From an uncultured Chloroflexia bacterium (GTDB lineage: Bacteria > Chloroflexota > Limnocylindria > Limnocylindrales > CSP1-4), in NCBI GenBank assembly GCA_963735785.1, contig CAVTMH010000002.1, positions 107,132 to 171,131 on the forward strand: a DNA stretch of 64,000 bases, read 5' to 3'. Position numbers and translations under genes: made by a program. Positions 1-9,290 of the stretch are shown here, piece by piece; positions within the stretch are counted from its first letter, which is position 1; each line of letters begins with the position of its first letter. Under the pieces are notes generated by a model, which saw only the letters and a program-made list of their open reading frames with translations, was not told where the DNA came from and ran no database searches.

Positions 1-1
1 C

Positions 2-115
2 CTGCTCGCTACGCGGCCCGCGAAGCCGATGAGCCTGCGCCTGGCGGCGATCGTGACGATCCTGGCGGTGGCTGCCGGTCTGACCGGCGGCGTCTCGAAC
101 GTGGCGGCGCTCTAG
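2..115 (+). CDS. 3' end of a truncated plus-strand gene; C-terminal hydrophobic helix (..MSLRLAAIVTILAVAAGLTGGVSNVAAL*)
   Basis: Open frame running off the window start with very high GC3 (~90%). Ends at TAG 113-115, 9 nt from the convergent Fe-S protein stop. Antisense track ORFs 9..353 and 112..417 look like junk. Confidence 0.3.
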   Translation: MLATRPAKPMSLRLAAIVTILAVAAGLTGGVSNVAAL

Positions 116-124
116 GTCCGCCCC

Positions 125-2257
125 CTATACGACCGGCAGCCGGCGGTCTTCGGGGATCGCGGCGAGCCTGGCCGCCAGCACCTCGCTGACGTCGAGGGCC
201 GCGACGCCGGCGCCCCCCTCCGCCGCCGCGAGGCCGTCGGACAGCATGACCATGCAGAACGGACAGGCCGTGGCGACCGTGGACGCACCCGTCTCGAGCA
301 CCTGGCGTGTCCGCTCGGCGTTGATCCGCGTGCCGCGCGTCTCCTCCATCCACATCCGTCCGCCGCCCGCCCCGCAGCAGAAGGTGTTCTCGAGCGACTT
401 CTCCATCTCGACGACATCAGCGCCGGCTGCGCCCAGCACGTCGCGCGGGGCCATCGTCACGCCGTTGTAGCGGGCGAGGTAGCACGAGTCGTGGACGGTC
501 ACCGAACCTGGCCGATGATCGCCGGTCGATGCGGCCGCGTCCTCGGGCGAGGTGGCGAGCCGGCCGGACGCCACGAGCTCCGCCAGGAGCTGGGAGTGAT
601 GGATGATCCGGAACGAGCCACCCAGCTGGCCGTACTCGTTGCCGATCGTGTTGAAGCAATGGGGGCAGGCGGTCACGATCGTCCGCTCGCCCATCGCGTA
701 GCGGTTCAGTGTCTCGACCGCCGCCGTGGCGAGCATCTGGAAGACGTAGTCGTTGCCCATCCGCCGCGCCGGGTCGCCGGTGCACGATTCCTCCTGGCCG
801 AGCACCGCGAAGGACACGCCCGCGGCGTGGAGACAGGTCGCGACCGCCCGGGCCACCTGCTGGTTGCGCGGGTCGAAGGCGGCGGCGCAGCCGACCCAGT
901 ACAGCACCTCGAGCGCATCGAGCTCACCGGCCGACGACACGTCCGCGACCGTGCGCACCTCGAACGGCAGCGGCCTGGTCCAGTCCATGCGCGCCGACGC
1001 CGGCTGACCCCACGGATTGCCCTGCCCCTCCATCGCCCGGAAGGCCGCCGTCAACTCGCCCGGGAACCGGGATTCCTCGAGGACCAGGTTGCGTCGCAGC
1101 CCGACGATCTTGTCGACGTGCTCGATGAGGACGGGGCAGGCCTCGACGCACGCACCGCAGGTGACGCAGTCCCACACGGCGTCGTACGGGATCGCCGTAT
1201 CGACGATCGGCTCGGTCAGGGCCGTTGCCGCGGGCCGCGAGTCATCGAGCCCGTACGTCTCACGCACGATCGGCGAGTTCGGGATGAGGTTGAGCCCCGC
1301 CTCGGCATCGACCGACATCTCGCGGATGCCCATGATGAAGGTCTTGGGGTTGAGCGGTTTCCCGGTCGCGTGGGCGGGACACGCCTCCTGGCAGCGACCG
1401 CACTCGGTGCAGGTGAAGCCGTCGAGCAGGTCCTTCCACCCCAGATCCTGCAGGGTCTTGAGACCGAACGTGGCGGTCTCGTCCTCGAGGTCCATCTCCG
1501 GCAGTTCGCCGCGTGGCGCGAGCTTGCGGAACCAGATGTTCGGAAAGCTCGTGGCGATGTGCAGGTGCTTGGAGAACGGCAGGTACACGAGGAACGCTGC
1601 CACGAGCGCGATATGGACCCACCACATGACGGCGAAGGCGTTCTGGAGGGCCTCGGGTGAGAAGGGGGCGCGGAGCGGACCGGCCAGGGCCGCGGACACG
1701 AACGCACCGGGCTCGTCGCCGTGGGCCGCGAACTCGAGCGCTTCTGCCAGGACCTCCGTGAGCACCACACCGCCGATCATGGACAGGATCACGAGCGCAT
1801 CGCGGTTGAACGTCAGGCGCCGCGGTCGGGTGATGAGCCGGCGCACGAACGCCCAGCCGATCGACACCAGGACGATGACCGCGACCAGGTTCTGCATCGC
1901 GCTGATGAGGGCCCACAGCAGGCCATCGAACGGGATCGACAGGAGCTGCTCGATGATGCCGCCCGTAGCGATGTTGGCGGTCCCGATCGTGAGCAGCACG
2001 AAACCCCAGAAGATACCCGCGTGCATCAGGCCGGCCCGGGCGTCCTTGAACATCTTGGTCTGGATGAACGCGTACTGGATCAGCCCGGCGAACCGGCGCG
2101 GGATGTCGGAGAACGGGCTGGGGCCTTGGGCACGGACAGCGGCGAACACCCGCAGATGGCGGGCCATGGCCAGGCTGAAGATGACGACCGCACCCCAGAA
2201 CAGCGGGAACACGAGGGGGTAGAACGGGACGTCGGCGAACGGCTCGAAGAGCGTCAC
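125..2257 (-). CDS. Membrane-anchored (Fe-S)-binding oxidoreductase, HdrD/GlpC-like: N-terminal multi-TM region plus two Cys-rich CCG-type domains
   Basis: 710 aa. N-terminal hydrophobic helices. Two ferredoxin-like CxxCxxCxxxCP motifs (CTECGRCQEACP, CVTCGACVEACP). Downstream Cys clusters are typical of heterodisulfide-reductase D / glycolate oxidase Fe-S subunits. ATG 2257 overlaps the mogA stop (ATGA). Confidence 0.8.
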   Translation of the reverse strand: MTLFEPFADVPFYPLVFPLFWGAVVIFSLAMARHLRVFAAVRAQGPSPFSDIPRRFAGLIQYAFIQTKMFKDARAGLMHAGIFWGFVLLTIGTANIATGGIIEQLLSIPFDGLLWALISAMQNLVAVIVLVSIGWAFVRRLITRPRRLTFNRDALVILSMIGGVVLTEVLAEALEFAAHGDEPGAFVSAALAGPLRAPFSPEALQNAFAVMWWVHIALVAAFLVYLPFSKHLHIATSFPNIWFRKLAPRGELPEMDLEDETATFGLKTLQDLGWKDLLDGFTCTECGRCQEACPAHATGKPLNPKTFIMGIREMSVDAEAGLNLIPNSPIVRETYGLDDSRPAATALTEPIVDTAIPYDAVWDCVTCGACVEACPVLIEHVDKIVGLRRNLVLEESRFPGELTAAFRAMEGQGNPWGQPASARMDWTRPLPFEVRTVADVSSAGELDALEVLYWVGCAAAFDPRNQQVARAVATCLHAAGVSFAVLGQEESCTGDPARRMGNDYVFQMLATAAVETLNRYAMGERTIVTACPHCFNTIGNEYGQLGGSFRIIHHSQLLAELVASGRLATSPEDAAASTGDHRPGSVTVHDSCYLARYNGVTMAPRDVLGAAGADVVEMEKSLENTFCCGAGGGRMWMEETRGTRINAERTRQVLETGASTVATACPFCMVMLSDGLAAAEGGAGVAALDVSEVLAARLAAIPEDRRLPVV

Positions 2258-2757
2258 GCGCTCGTGCCCGGGTCGTCGGCGGCCGCGTCATGGTCGTGTG
2301 GCCCGGCCAGCGTCTCGAGCGCGTGGTCGAGCACCGCCTCGATCGCCGTCAGCGATTCCATGGCCCCGCGCGGGCTGCCCGGCAGGTTGACCACGAGCGC
2401 GCGGCCGATGACCCCGACCACGCCGCGCGACAGGTCTGCGTACGGCGTGCTGGCACGGCCCACCGCCCGCATCGCCTCCGCGAGCCCGGGGACCTCGTAG
2501 TCGATCGCGTCCTTCGTCGCCTGCGGCGTCACGTCCCGTGGCGTCAGGCCGGTGCCGCCGGTGGTGACGATGAGGTCGTGCTCCTCGGCCGTGGAGCGCA
2601 GGACGTCCGTCAGCAACTCGCGTTCGTCGGGCAGGACGGCCCGTTCCACCGTGAAGCCGAGGGCCTCGAGACGCGCTCCGACCCCGATCCCCGAAGTATC
2701 CTCGCGGACACCCTCGTTGACGCGGTCACTGGCGGTGATCACCACGGCCCGCCTCAT
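2254..2757 (-). CDS. mogA: Molybdopterin adenylyltransferase MogA/MoaB family
   Basis: 167 aa. GGTGLTPRD motif; MogA/MoaB-like fold throughout. ATGA overlap with the moaC stop. Confidence 0.85.
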   Translation of the reverse strand: MRRAVVITASDRVNEGVREDTSGIGVGARLEALGFTVERAVLPDERELLTDVLRSTAEEHDLIVTTGGTGLTPRDVTPQATKDAIDYEVPGLAEAMRAVGRASTPYADLSRGVVGVIGRALVVNLPGSPRGAMESLTAIEAVLDHALETLAGPHDHDAAADDPGTSA

Positions 2758-3389
2758 CCCGGCCGTTTGCCTCCGCTCCGCCCTCCAGCCCGCGACGGCT
2801 TCGCGATGCGACCCGCGCCGCGTGCACCGGGCTGGTAGCCGGCTAGTCCGGGCCCGTCGCGAGCGGGCGGGTCATGGCGAACCCAGTCGCCGCTCTTGCC
2901 GCCGCTCTTGGCGATGAGCCGGACACCACCGATCGTCACGCCGCGCTCGACGCCCTTGACCATGTCGTAGACCGTCAACGCGGCGACCGAGGCCGCGGTC
3001 ATCGCTTCCATCTCCACACCCGTCTGCCCGGTCGTGGCTGCCTCGGCGCGGATCCGGAGGAGACCACCCACACGGTCGGGGGTGATCGAGACCTGCAGGT
3101 CGGTCAGCGGGAGCGGATGACAGAGCGGGATGAGCTCGCTCGTCCGCTTGCCGCCCATGACGCCTGCAAGCTCCGCCACCCCGAGGACGTCGCCCTTGGG
3201 ACCGCCCCCGTCGATGACCAGGCTGAGCGTCTCGGCCGACATCGAGACCGTCGCCTCGGCGACCGCCCGTCGGGCGGTGACCGGCTTCGCGGAAACGTCG
3301 ACCATGCGTGGCCGCCCGCCACGATCGACATGGGTGAGCCGACGTCGCTCCGAGCGCGGGGCGAGCGACCGTCCGGCCTTGGGGTCCAT
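2754..3389 (-). CDS. moaC: Cyclic pyranopterin monophosphate synthase MoaC
   Basis: The stretch [22 protein letters not shown]...[11 protein letters not shown]...[20 protein letters not shown] aligns with MoaC. The track ORF has a long Arg-rich N-terminal extension; the ATG at 3389 (MDPKAGR) was chosen. Confidence 0.85.
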   Translation of the reverse strand: MDPKAGRSLAPRSERRRLTHVDRGGRPRMVDVSAKPVTARRAVAEATVSMSAETLSLVIDGGGPKGDVLGVAELAGVMGGKRTSELIPLCHPLPLTDLQVSITPDRVGGLLRIRAEAATTGQTGVEMEAMTAASVAALTVYDMVKGVERGVTIGGVRLIAKSGGKSGDWVRHDPPARDGPGLAGYQPGARGAGRIAKPSRAGGRSGGKRPG

Positions 3390-3432
3390 CACGCCCCGAG
3401 GATAGCGGGCATGACCAGTGGTCGGAAGCGCT

Positions 3433-4851
3433 TCAGGTGCGGTCCAGCCACCAGAGCTCCACCTCGGCTCCCGCCGCGAGGCTGCCGACCGACTCGGGGA
3501 TGACAGCCAGCGCGTCGGCCGTCGCGAGCGCCGACAGGACGTGGCTGCCCTGTCCGCCCTGGCCCCCGGCGAGGCTCGCCATGACGCGGCCATGCTCGTC
3601 CCGCCGCGGCGTGCCGTCCCCGTCGCGCTCGACGCCGACCCGGACGAAGGCCCGGCGGCCGCCGCTCTTCGTCACGGGGCCGGTCAGCACGGCCCGATCC
3701 CGCCGCCGGAACAGGTCGTCCTCGCGGTGGCCGGCGAGGCGGCGGATGGCGGGACGGACGAACAGCTCGAAGGTCACGAACGTCGAGACGGGGTTGCCGG
3801 GGAGTCCGAAGAGCAGGGTCGCGGGCCGATCGTCCGAGTCGCCCGGATCGTCGTCTCGCGGAGCGCGGCCCGTCCCGAAGGCGAACGGCTTGCCCGGCTG
3901 GACGGCCACCCGCCAGAGATCCACCGTCCCGTACGCCTCGAAGGCCGCCCTGACGACGTCGTACGGGCCGACCGACACGCCGCCGGACACGATCAGGGCG
4001 TCGGCCTCGAACAGACCGGCGCAGATCCTGGACCGCACGTCGTCCAGGCGGTCGCTGGCGATGCCGAGCACGCGCGGATCGCCGCCGGCCGCCTCGACCA
4101 TCGCGACGAGCGCTGGACCGTTGGCGTCGGGGATGCCGGCTGGTCCGAGATCGCGGCCGGGCTGGCGCACCTCGTCGCCGGTCGCGAGGATCCCGACGAT
4201 CGGCCGCCGATGGACGCGGACGTGGTCGAGCCCGACCCCGGCGACGAGCCCGATCGTCGCAGGCGTGAGGACGTCACCAGGCGCCAGGATCCGCGTGCCG
4301 GCGGCCAGGTCACTGCCGGCGCGGCGGATCGAGCCACCGAGCGGCGTGGCCGTGTGGACCCCGATCGCCGCGGGCAGCGGTCCGGTCGCATCGCGCCCCC
4401 GCGAGCCGGCCGCCACACCGCTGGCGTCGAAAGGCGTCGTCCCCTCGACGGGGACCACGGCGTCCGCCCCGGGTGGAACGGGGGCGCCGGTCGCGATGCG
4501 GACCGCGCTGCCTCGCCGGACCGTGAGATCCGGCGCCTGGCCGGCCCGAACCTCGCCGGTGACCTCCAGCCGGACCGGTGCGTCCTCCGTCGCGGCCGCG
4601 ACGTCCTCCGAGCGGATCGCGTAGCCGTCCATCGCGGAGTTGTCCCATGGCGGGAGCGCCATCGGGCTGGTGACGGGCTCTGCGACGACGCGGCCGCGCG
4701 CCTCCAGGAGCCAGGCGACCTCCACCTGGGTGGGTCCGGCGATCGCCCCGAAAACGGCCTGTCGCGCGTCCTCGACGCTCAGCAGGGGTTCGGAACGCTC
4801 GTGGCCCCGATCGTGCGCGCGCTCGTGGCCGGAGCGCCGACCCAGGCTCAC
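3433..4851 (-). CDS. moeA: Molybdopterin molybdenumtransferase MoeA
   Basis: MoeA motifs ([36 protein letters not shown]). The track ORF start at 5082 would overlap the upstream gene. GTG at 4851 overlaps the M50 stop (GTGA) and gives a sensible N-terminus (..[11 protein letters not shown]). Confidence 0.8.
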   Translation of the reverse strand: MSLGRRSGHERAHDRGHERSEPLLSVEDARQAVFGAIAGPTQVEVAWLLEARGRVVAEPVTSPMALPPWDNSAMDGYAIRSEDVAAATEDAPVRLEVTGEVRAGQAPDLTVRRGSAVRIATGAPVPPGADAVVPVEGTTPFDASGVAAGSRGRDATGPLPAAIGVHTATPLGGSIRRAGSDLAAGTRILAPGDVLTPATIGLVAGVGLDHVRVHRRPIVGILATGDEVRQPGRDLGPAGIPDANGPALVAMVEAAGGDPRVLGIASDRLDDVRSRICAGLFEADALIVSGGVSVGPYDVVRAAFEAYGTVDLWRVAVQPGKPFAFGTGRAPRDDDPGDSDDRPATLLFGLPGNPVSTFVTFELFVRPAIRRLAGHREDDLFRRRDRAVLTGPVTKSGGRRAFVRVGVERDGDGTPRRDEHGRVMASLAGGQGGQGSHVLSALATADALAVIPESVGSLAAGAEVELWWLDRT

Positions 4852-5996
4852 GCGGCCGGAGCGCCGCCGGGTCGCCGGCGGTCGCGTGCGGCCTCGGCAA
4901 TGGCGGTCGCGACCGCGCCGCGGGTCACGATGCCGGCGAGTGCACCGGCCTCGAGCACCGGCAACCCGTCCAACCCGCTCCGGTGGAATCGATCGAGGGC
5001 GTCGCGCAGTGACGTCTCGGGAGCGACGCTCGGCATCGCATCGCCGCTGACCATCAGGTCCTCGGCGCGCGTCTCCGGCCATCGGTCGCGTCGGATCCGC
5101 CGGACCTGCTTCGCCCCGACCATACCGACCAAATCAGGTCCACGCAGGACCGCCACGGATGACGGGACCGCGCCGTCGAGGATCTGTGCCGCGAACGTAT
5201 CGAGCGTCAGGCCTGGCGGCACGCCCGAGACATCGTGCTCCATGACGTCCGCAACCCTGATGCCCTCGAGCACGAGATCGACGTCCGCGCTGCGTTCGAC
5301 GGCGCCCGCGCTCGAGACGATGAACCAACCGCACACGGCGAGCATGAGCCCATCGACGGAGTCGACGACGAGGATCCCGACGATGCCCGCCGTGGCGAAC
5401 AGGATCCCGAGATAGCGCCCGGACGAAGCGGCGATCCGGAGGGCCCTGCCAGCATCGCCGGTCCGGGACCAGGCGAGGCCGCGCACGATGCGCCCGCCAT
5501 CGAGCGGGAAGGCCGGCAGCAGGTTGACGCCGCCGAGCAGGAGGTTCATCACGCCGATCACGAGCGCGACCCGGCCGATCGCCTGCATCGCGCCGGCTCC
5601 GGTCAGGTCGCCGGCAAGGGCGACGACCATGAACGCGCCGCCGACGACCAGGCTCACGAGCGGTCCGGCGATCGCGACGAGGATCTCGTCGCGGGGGCGC
5701 GTCGTTTCGAGGCGTGACGTCGCGGCCCCGCCGAAGAAGTAGACGATGATCGGGCCGCCGGGCAGGCCGACGTGCCGCGCGGCGAGCGCGTGCCCGAGTT
5801 CGTGGGCGAGGGCGGACAGCAGGAACGCCGTCGCCACGATGGCCCCGATCGCCCATCCGCCGGTGGTCCCGATCCCTGGCGCGATCCGTCCGACCTGGGT
5901 CGCCGTCGTCACCGCGATCACGGCGAGGATGATCGACCACGACACGTGGATGCGGATCTCGAAGCCGAACAGCCGCGCGATCGGGAGGGCGTTCAT
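4848..5996 (-). CDS. Site-2 protease family (M50) metallopeptidase with C-terminal CBS pair
   Basis: HELGH zinc motif within TM helices and a later LLPAFPLDGG motif. C-terminal CBS-like pair. ATG 5996 (MNALPIARLFGFEI) overlaps the upstream stop (ATGA). Confidence 0.8.
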   Translation of the reverse strand: MNALPIARLFGFEIRIHVSWSIILAVIAVTTATQVGRIAPGIGTTGGWAIGAIVATAFLLSALAHELGHALAARHVGLPGGPIIVYFFGGAATSRLETTRPRDEILVAIAGPLVSLVVGGAFMVVALAGDLTGAGAMQAIGRVALVIGVMNLLLGGVNLLPAFPLDGGRIVRGLAWSRTGDAGRALRIAASSGRYLGILFATAGIVGILVVDSVDGLMLAVCGWFIVSSAGAVERSADVDLVLEGIRVADVMEHDVSGVPPGLTLDTFAAQILDGAVPSSVAVLRGPDLVGMVGAKQVRRIRRDRWPETRAEDLMVSGDAMPSVAPETSLRDALDRFHRSGLDGLPVLEAGALAGIVTRGAVATAIAEAARDRRRPGGAPAA

Positions 5997-6712
5997 CCGG
6001 TGGAGCCCGTGGCCGGCAGTGAGGGCGCAGCGAGCGTGTCGCCCGCCGCGTGACGCGCCGTCGTGGCTGCAGCGCGCCGGCTCGCCACGACGGCCAGGAG
6101 CCCGGCGAGCACGATGCACACCGCTCCGACCGCCAGCGCGGTCTCCTGCCAGAACGCGAACGGGAAGAGCTGGACGAGCCGTTCCCTGCTCGGGTCGAAG
6201 GTGTACGAGCCGCCCGCGAAGAAGATGCGATGAAAGACCTCGAACAGAGCGTCGAAGGCGACCAGGGCGACGACGCCGCCGACGACGAGGACCGCGATCA
6301 GCGTGAGCGCCCCGGCGCGCACCGCACGCCAGCTCGCTGCGCGTGTCGCGCCTCGACGCCGGGCGTGGACCACGATGGCGACGGCCGCGAACAGCAGCGC
6401 GGCGGCGAAGAAGCCGATGAACACGCCCCGCACGTCGCGCATGTGGCCACGTTCCCGCTCATTGAGGACCGCCGAACCACCGACGGCCACGTCGAACGTG
6501 GGTGGCCCGATGACCAGGTCCGCCAGGATGGCGTCCGTCGCGGCGCGCAACTCGACTTCGGTGAACCCTGTCCACGCGGTCGCCCCGGAGCGGTCCTGCT
6601 CGAACGCGACCCACCACGGGTTGAGGAACAGCGGCAGCGTCACAGCGACGATGGCGAGCGCAGCCGCGAGACCGACGAGGGTGTTCGCGGCCTGGCCGCG
6701 GAGCGTGTCCAC
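5993..6712 (-). CDS. Integral membrane protein, DUF1461/TIGR01906-like
   Basis: 239 aa with four or more predicted TM helices. Resembles the TIGR01906 family; the family assignment is from memory and not verified. Confidence 0.55.
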   Translation of the reverse strand: MDTLRGQAANTLVGLAAALAIVAVTLPLFLNPWWVAFEQDRSGATAWTGFTEVELRAATDAILADLVIGPPTFDVAVGGSAVLNERERGHMRDVRGVFIGFFAAALLFAAVAIVVHARRRGATRAASWRAVRAGALTLIAVLVVGGVVALVAFDALFEVFHRIFFAGGSYTFDPSRERLVQLFPFAFWQETALAVGAVCIVLAGLLAVVASRRAAATTARHAAGDTLAAPSLPATGSTG

Positions 6713-6760
6713 CGACGCATCGTAGTCCGTCCCGGCGCGAAGGCCACGGGTCGTGACCGG

Positions 6761-7198
6761 CTACTCGTCCTCGAGGGTCCTGGCCTGCTCCCACCAGCCG
6801 GCGATCGTGAGGTCGCTCGGGGGGTCCTCGTTGAGCTCCATCGCCGCCTGCAGGATGCGAGCGCGGAAGTCGTCCGCGGACAGGTCCAGGATGTCGCGCA
6901 GGCCCGCGATACCGGCCTGGATCAGCAGCTGGTGGTCAACCGGTCCGAAACTGGCGAGATTGAGCATGAGCGCCTCATCGCGCCACATGAGGACGTCGTT
7001 CGGCGTCGCGTCCACCTGGTCGGCGAGGTACTGGCGGCGGGTCGGCGTCTCGGAACGCTCGAGCAGGAGCCCGGTCGTGAACGTGCCCTGGCGTTCGAGG
7101 CGTTCGAGCTGGACCGGCTCGATGCGGGTCAGCTCGGTGATCGGCGGCATGAACGCATTATCGGCACGCGCCCCCCGCCGTGTTCGGCGGGTCGACAT
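6761..7198 (-). CDS. Hypothetical protein, DUF4332-like helix-hairpin-helix domain
   Basis: 146 aa from ATG 7198 (alternative GTG at 7216). C-terminal ..FGPVDHQLLIQAGIAGLRDIL is an HhH-like motif. No catalytic motifs. Confidence 0.45.
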   Translation of the reverse strand: MSTRRTRRGARADNAFMPPITELTRIEPVQLERLERQGTFTTGLLLERSETPTRRQYLADQVDATPNDVLMWRDEALMLNLASFGPVDHQLLIQAGIAGLRDILDLSADDFRARILQAAMELNEDPPSDLTIAGWWEQARTLEDE

Positions 7199-7531
7199 GG
7201 AAGTGCCCCGGCACACCCAGTGTCATGGGGGACAACCTGGGCGCCGGGGCCATCCGGCCCGCCATTGGGGGGACGCTGACAGACCGGACGCGGACCTTAG
7301 GCGGAGGTACGGTCCGGTGGCATTAGGTGGGGTTACCTATTCCGGCACGACTTGCTGTCCTCCCGAACGCCGCTCCGCCGTCGTCGGTGTGAAAACACGT
7401 CGTGAAATACGTCGTTCAGCGTACGCGAACGTAAGAACTTCTGGCCCACACTGCCGGCAAGTCCCTCGGGTGGGGGGCCCGTCGCTGGGGGCGACGGACC
7501 AGGCCCGAGGGCCTTCCCTTTTGCGCAGCGG

Positions 7532-7675
7532 CTACTCCGCGCGCTTGTCGCCGAAGACCGTGTAGTGCCAGCCCTTCTCGGGCTCCCCGGTCAGCTCGAG
7601 CATGACGTGCTTGGCCTGCGTGGTCGGTCGGTAGAAGGCACCATCGGGGAACGCCGGGACTGGGGAGCGATCCAC
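7532..7675 (-). CDS. Possible small protein (47 aa from GTG) ending ..HVMLELTGEPEKGWHYTVFGDKRAE
   Basis: C-terminal 40 codons have ~95% GC3, far more coding-like than the overlapping plus-strand frame. No family recognised; start uncertain. Confidence 0.2.
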   Translation of the reverse strand: MDRSPVPAFPDGAFYRPTTQAKHVMLELTGEPEKGWHYTVFGDKRAE

Positions 7676-7762
7676 CGGCTGCCGGCTCGCGAGAACCGAG
7701 GTCGCGCGACGGCGCGCCGGGAGTACTCTGACCCGACCGAGGACCGACCAGACGAGGAGGGC

Positions 7763-8629
7763 ATGATGGAACGAGGCGACCGCGACGATATCCAGGTGAT
7801 CCGGGATGAGTTGGAGCGTTTGCGCGCGGACGTCCACGCCGTCCGTTCAGCGGGAGAACGACGTTGGTGGAGTGCCGGGCGGCGCCCCCGACTCGCGAAG
7901 GCACTGGGTCGAGTGGGCCTCGTCGCGCTCATGCTGGCGCTGCCGGTCATCGTCAGCGCCAGCCACACGCCGTTCACCGACGTCCCCACGTCGCACAGCT
8001 TCCACACGGTCATCGGACGGGTCTACGGCGCGCGCCTGACGACCGGCTGTACGGCAACCAGGTTCTGCCCCTCCGCGAACGTCACCCGCGGGCAGATGGC
8101 CGCCTTCCTGGCCCGCGGCCTTGGTCGCGGCAGCGCCTCGTTCGGGGCGACGGGCGTCGACGATGAATGGGCGATCTTCGACGACGGCTTCCTCGACACC
8201 ATCGACCTCGCACACGGCGGCACGGCCGGTGGCACCGGGCACGTCCTCGTGACGGCCAGCGTGTCGGCGTACACCGACGAAGCGGACGTCTGCCCCTGCG
8301 AGCTTGGCGTCGCGCTCGTCAATGCCGACACGGGCGAAGAGTCGCCGCTCATGTTCCAGGTCATCCAGAACACGCCTGCTCCCGCGCATGGCACGGAGCC
8401 AGCGTGGTACGAGACGTCGGCGAACGTCTCCTATCTCTTCACGGTCCCGACGGGCGTGACGCACACGTACGTGCTCGCTGCCTCGATGTTCACGACCGCG
8501 GCGCCGACGACCGGGAACCAGGCCGCCGCTGAGTGGACGATCTCCGCCGCGTATCTCCCCTTCGGGGCGACCGGTGGCAATCCGACCACCACCACGACCC
8601 AGGGAGGCGAGTCCCGGCGCGGCCGCTGA
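7763..8629 (+). CDS. S-layer homology (SLH) domain protein with N-terminal membrane anchor or signal
   Basis: SLH motif FTDVPTSHSFHTVIGRVYGARLTTGCTATRFCPSANVTRGQMAAFLARGL. Hydrophobic segment LVALMLALPVIVSAS. GAGGAGGG Shine-Dalgarno at 7754-7761 directly upstream of tandem ATGs at 7763/7766. The track ORF start at 7565 was rejected. Confidence 0.6.
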   Translation: MMERGDRDDIQVIRDELERLRADVHAVRSAGERRWWSAGRRPRLAKALGRVGLVALMLALPVIVSASHTPFTDVPTSHSFHTVIGRVYGARLTTGCTATRFCPSANVTRGQMAAFLARGLGRGSASFGATGVDDEWAIFDDGFLDTIDLAHGGTAGGTGHVLVTASVSAYTDEADVCPCELGVALVNADTGEESPLMFQVIQNTPAPAHGTEPAWYETSANVSYLFTVPTGVTHTYVLAASMFTTAAPTTGNQAAAEWTISAAYLPFGATGGNPTTTTTQGGESRRGR

Positions 8630-8637
8630 CACCGTCG

Positions 8638-8670
8638 GGCCGGACCTCGGCGAGGGGCCGAGGTCCGGCC
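8638..8670. terminator. Perfect 14-bp GC-rich hairpin (ggccggacctcggc-gaggg-gccgaggtccggcc) between convergent genes
   Basis: Seen directly in the sequence. Fills the 42-nt gap between the SLH gene stop (8629) and the YdeI stop (8672). No U-tract, as is common in high-GC genomes. Confidence 0.4.
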
Positions 8671-8671
8671 T

Positions 8672-9274
8672 TCATCGATCGCGGGCCCGGCGCATCGGCC
8701 CGACCGGGTGCCCGGCCGCGGCGTCGGCGATCAACGCCTCGAGTCGCCGTGCCCTCGTCGCCGGCCGTTTCGCGCTCGTGACCCAGTGGGTGACGGCCCG
8801 GCGATACGAGGGGGGACGCGTCTGCCAGTCCGCCCACGCCGCGGCATCGGCCTGAATCTGCCGCTCCTCCTTGGGCGTGAATGCCGCGATCTCGCGCTCG
8901 TAGGCGTAGATGGCGGTCTTCTCCGCGGAGCGGGCATCGAACGCCGAGATGCCGGCTCGCCGCATGCGTCCCTGCTCGGTGAGCGCCGCGACCTTCGCAA
9001 CGTTCACGACACTCCAGGTGCTCCCCTTCCGGCGCGGGGTGAACCGCTGGACGAAGGACGTCTCGTCGACGCTGCGGCGCACGCCGTCGATCCAGCCGAC
9101 GCACAACGCCTCGTCGACGGCCTGCGACCAGTCCACACTCGGGCGACCCGTGGCTTTCCGGTAGTAGCCGAGCCACAGTTCGTCGGCCGTCTCGTGGTTC
9201 CGATCGAACCAGTCGCGGAGGTCCTCCGGCCTCGCGAAGAACCGGACGTCGTGCGGCTGCATACCCGGACTCAC
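8672..9274 (-). CDS. YdeI/OmpD-associated (OmdA, bacteriocin-protection) family protein
   Basis: 200 aa. The N-terminal FFARPEDLRDWFDRNHETADELWLGYYRK and the rest match the YdeI/OmdA pattern. Confidence 0.65.
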   Translation of the reverse strand: MSPGMQPHDVRFFARPEDLRDWFDRNHETADELWLGYYRKATGRPSVDWSQAVDEALCVGWIDGVRRSVDETSFVQRFTPRRKGSTWSVVNVAKVAALTEQGRMRRAGISAFDARSAEKTAIYAYEREIAAFTPKEERQIQADAAAWADWQTRPPSYRRAVTHWVTSAKRPATRARRLEALIADAAAGHPVGPMRRARDR

Positions 9275-9290
9275 CCGCCGCAGACCTCGC

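Noticed and set aside
491-2222. Plus-strand ORFs 491..1660 and 1017..2222
   Set aside because: Antisense to the clearly coding Fe-S oxidoreductase gene; low-complexity Arg/Pro/Ser-rich products.
7565-7762. Track start of the SLH protein at 7565 (GTG), 66 codons upstream of the chosen ATG
   Set aside because: That stretch has mixed GC3 (~65%). The opposite-strand frame is more coding-like, and a perfect GAGGAGGG RBS immediately precedes the ATG pair at 7763/7766.
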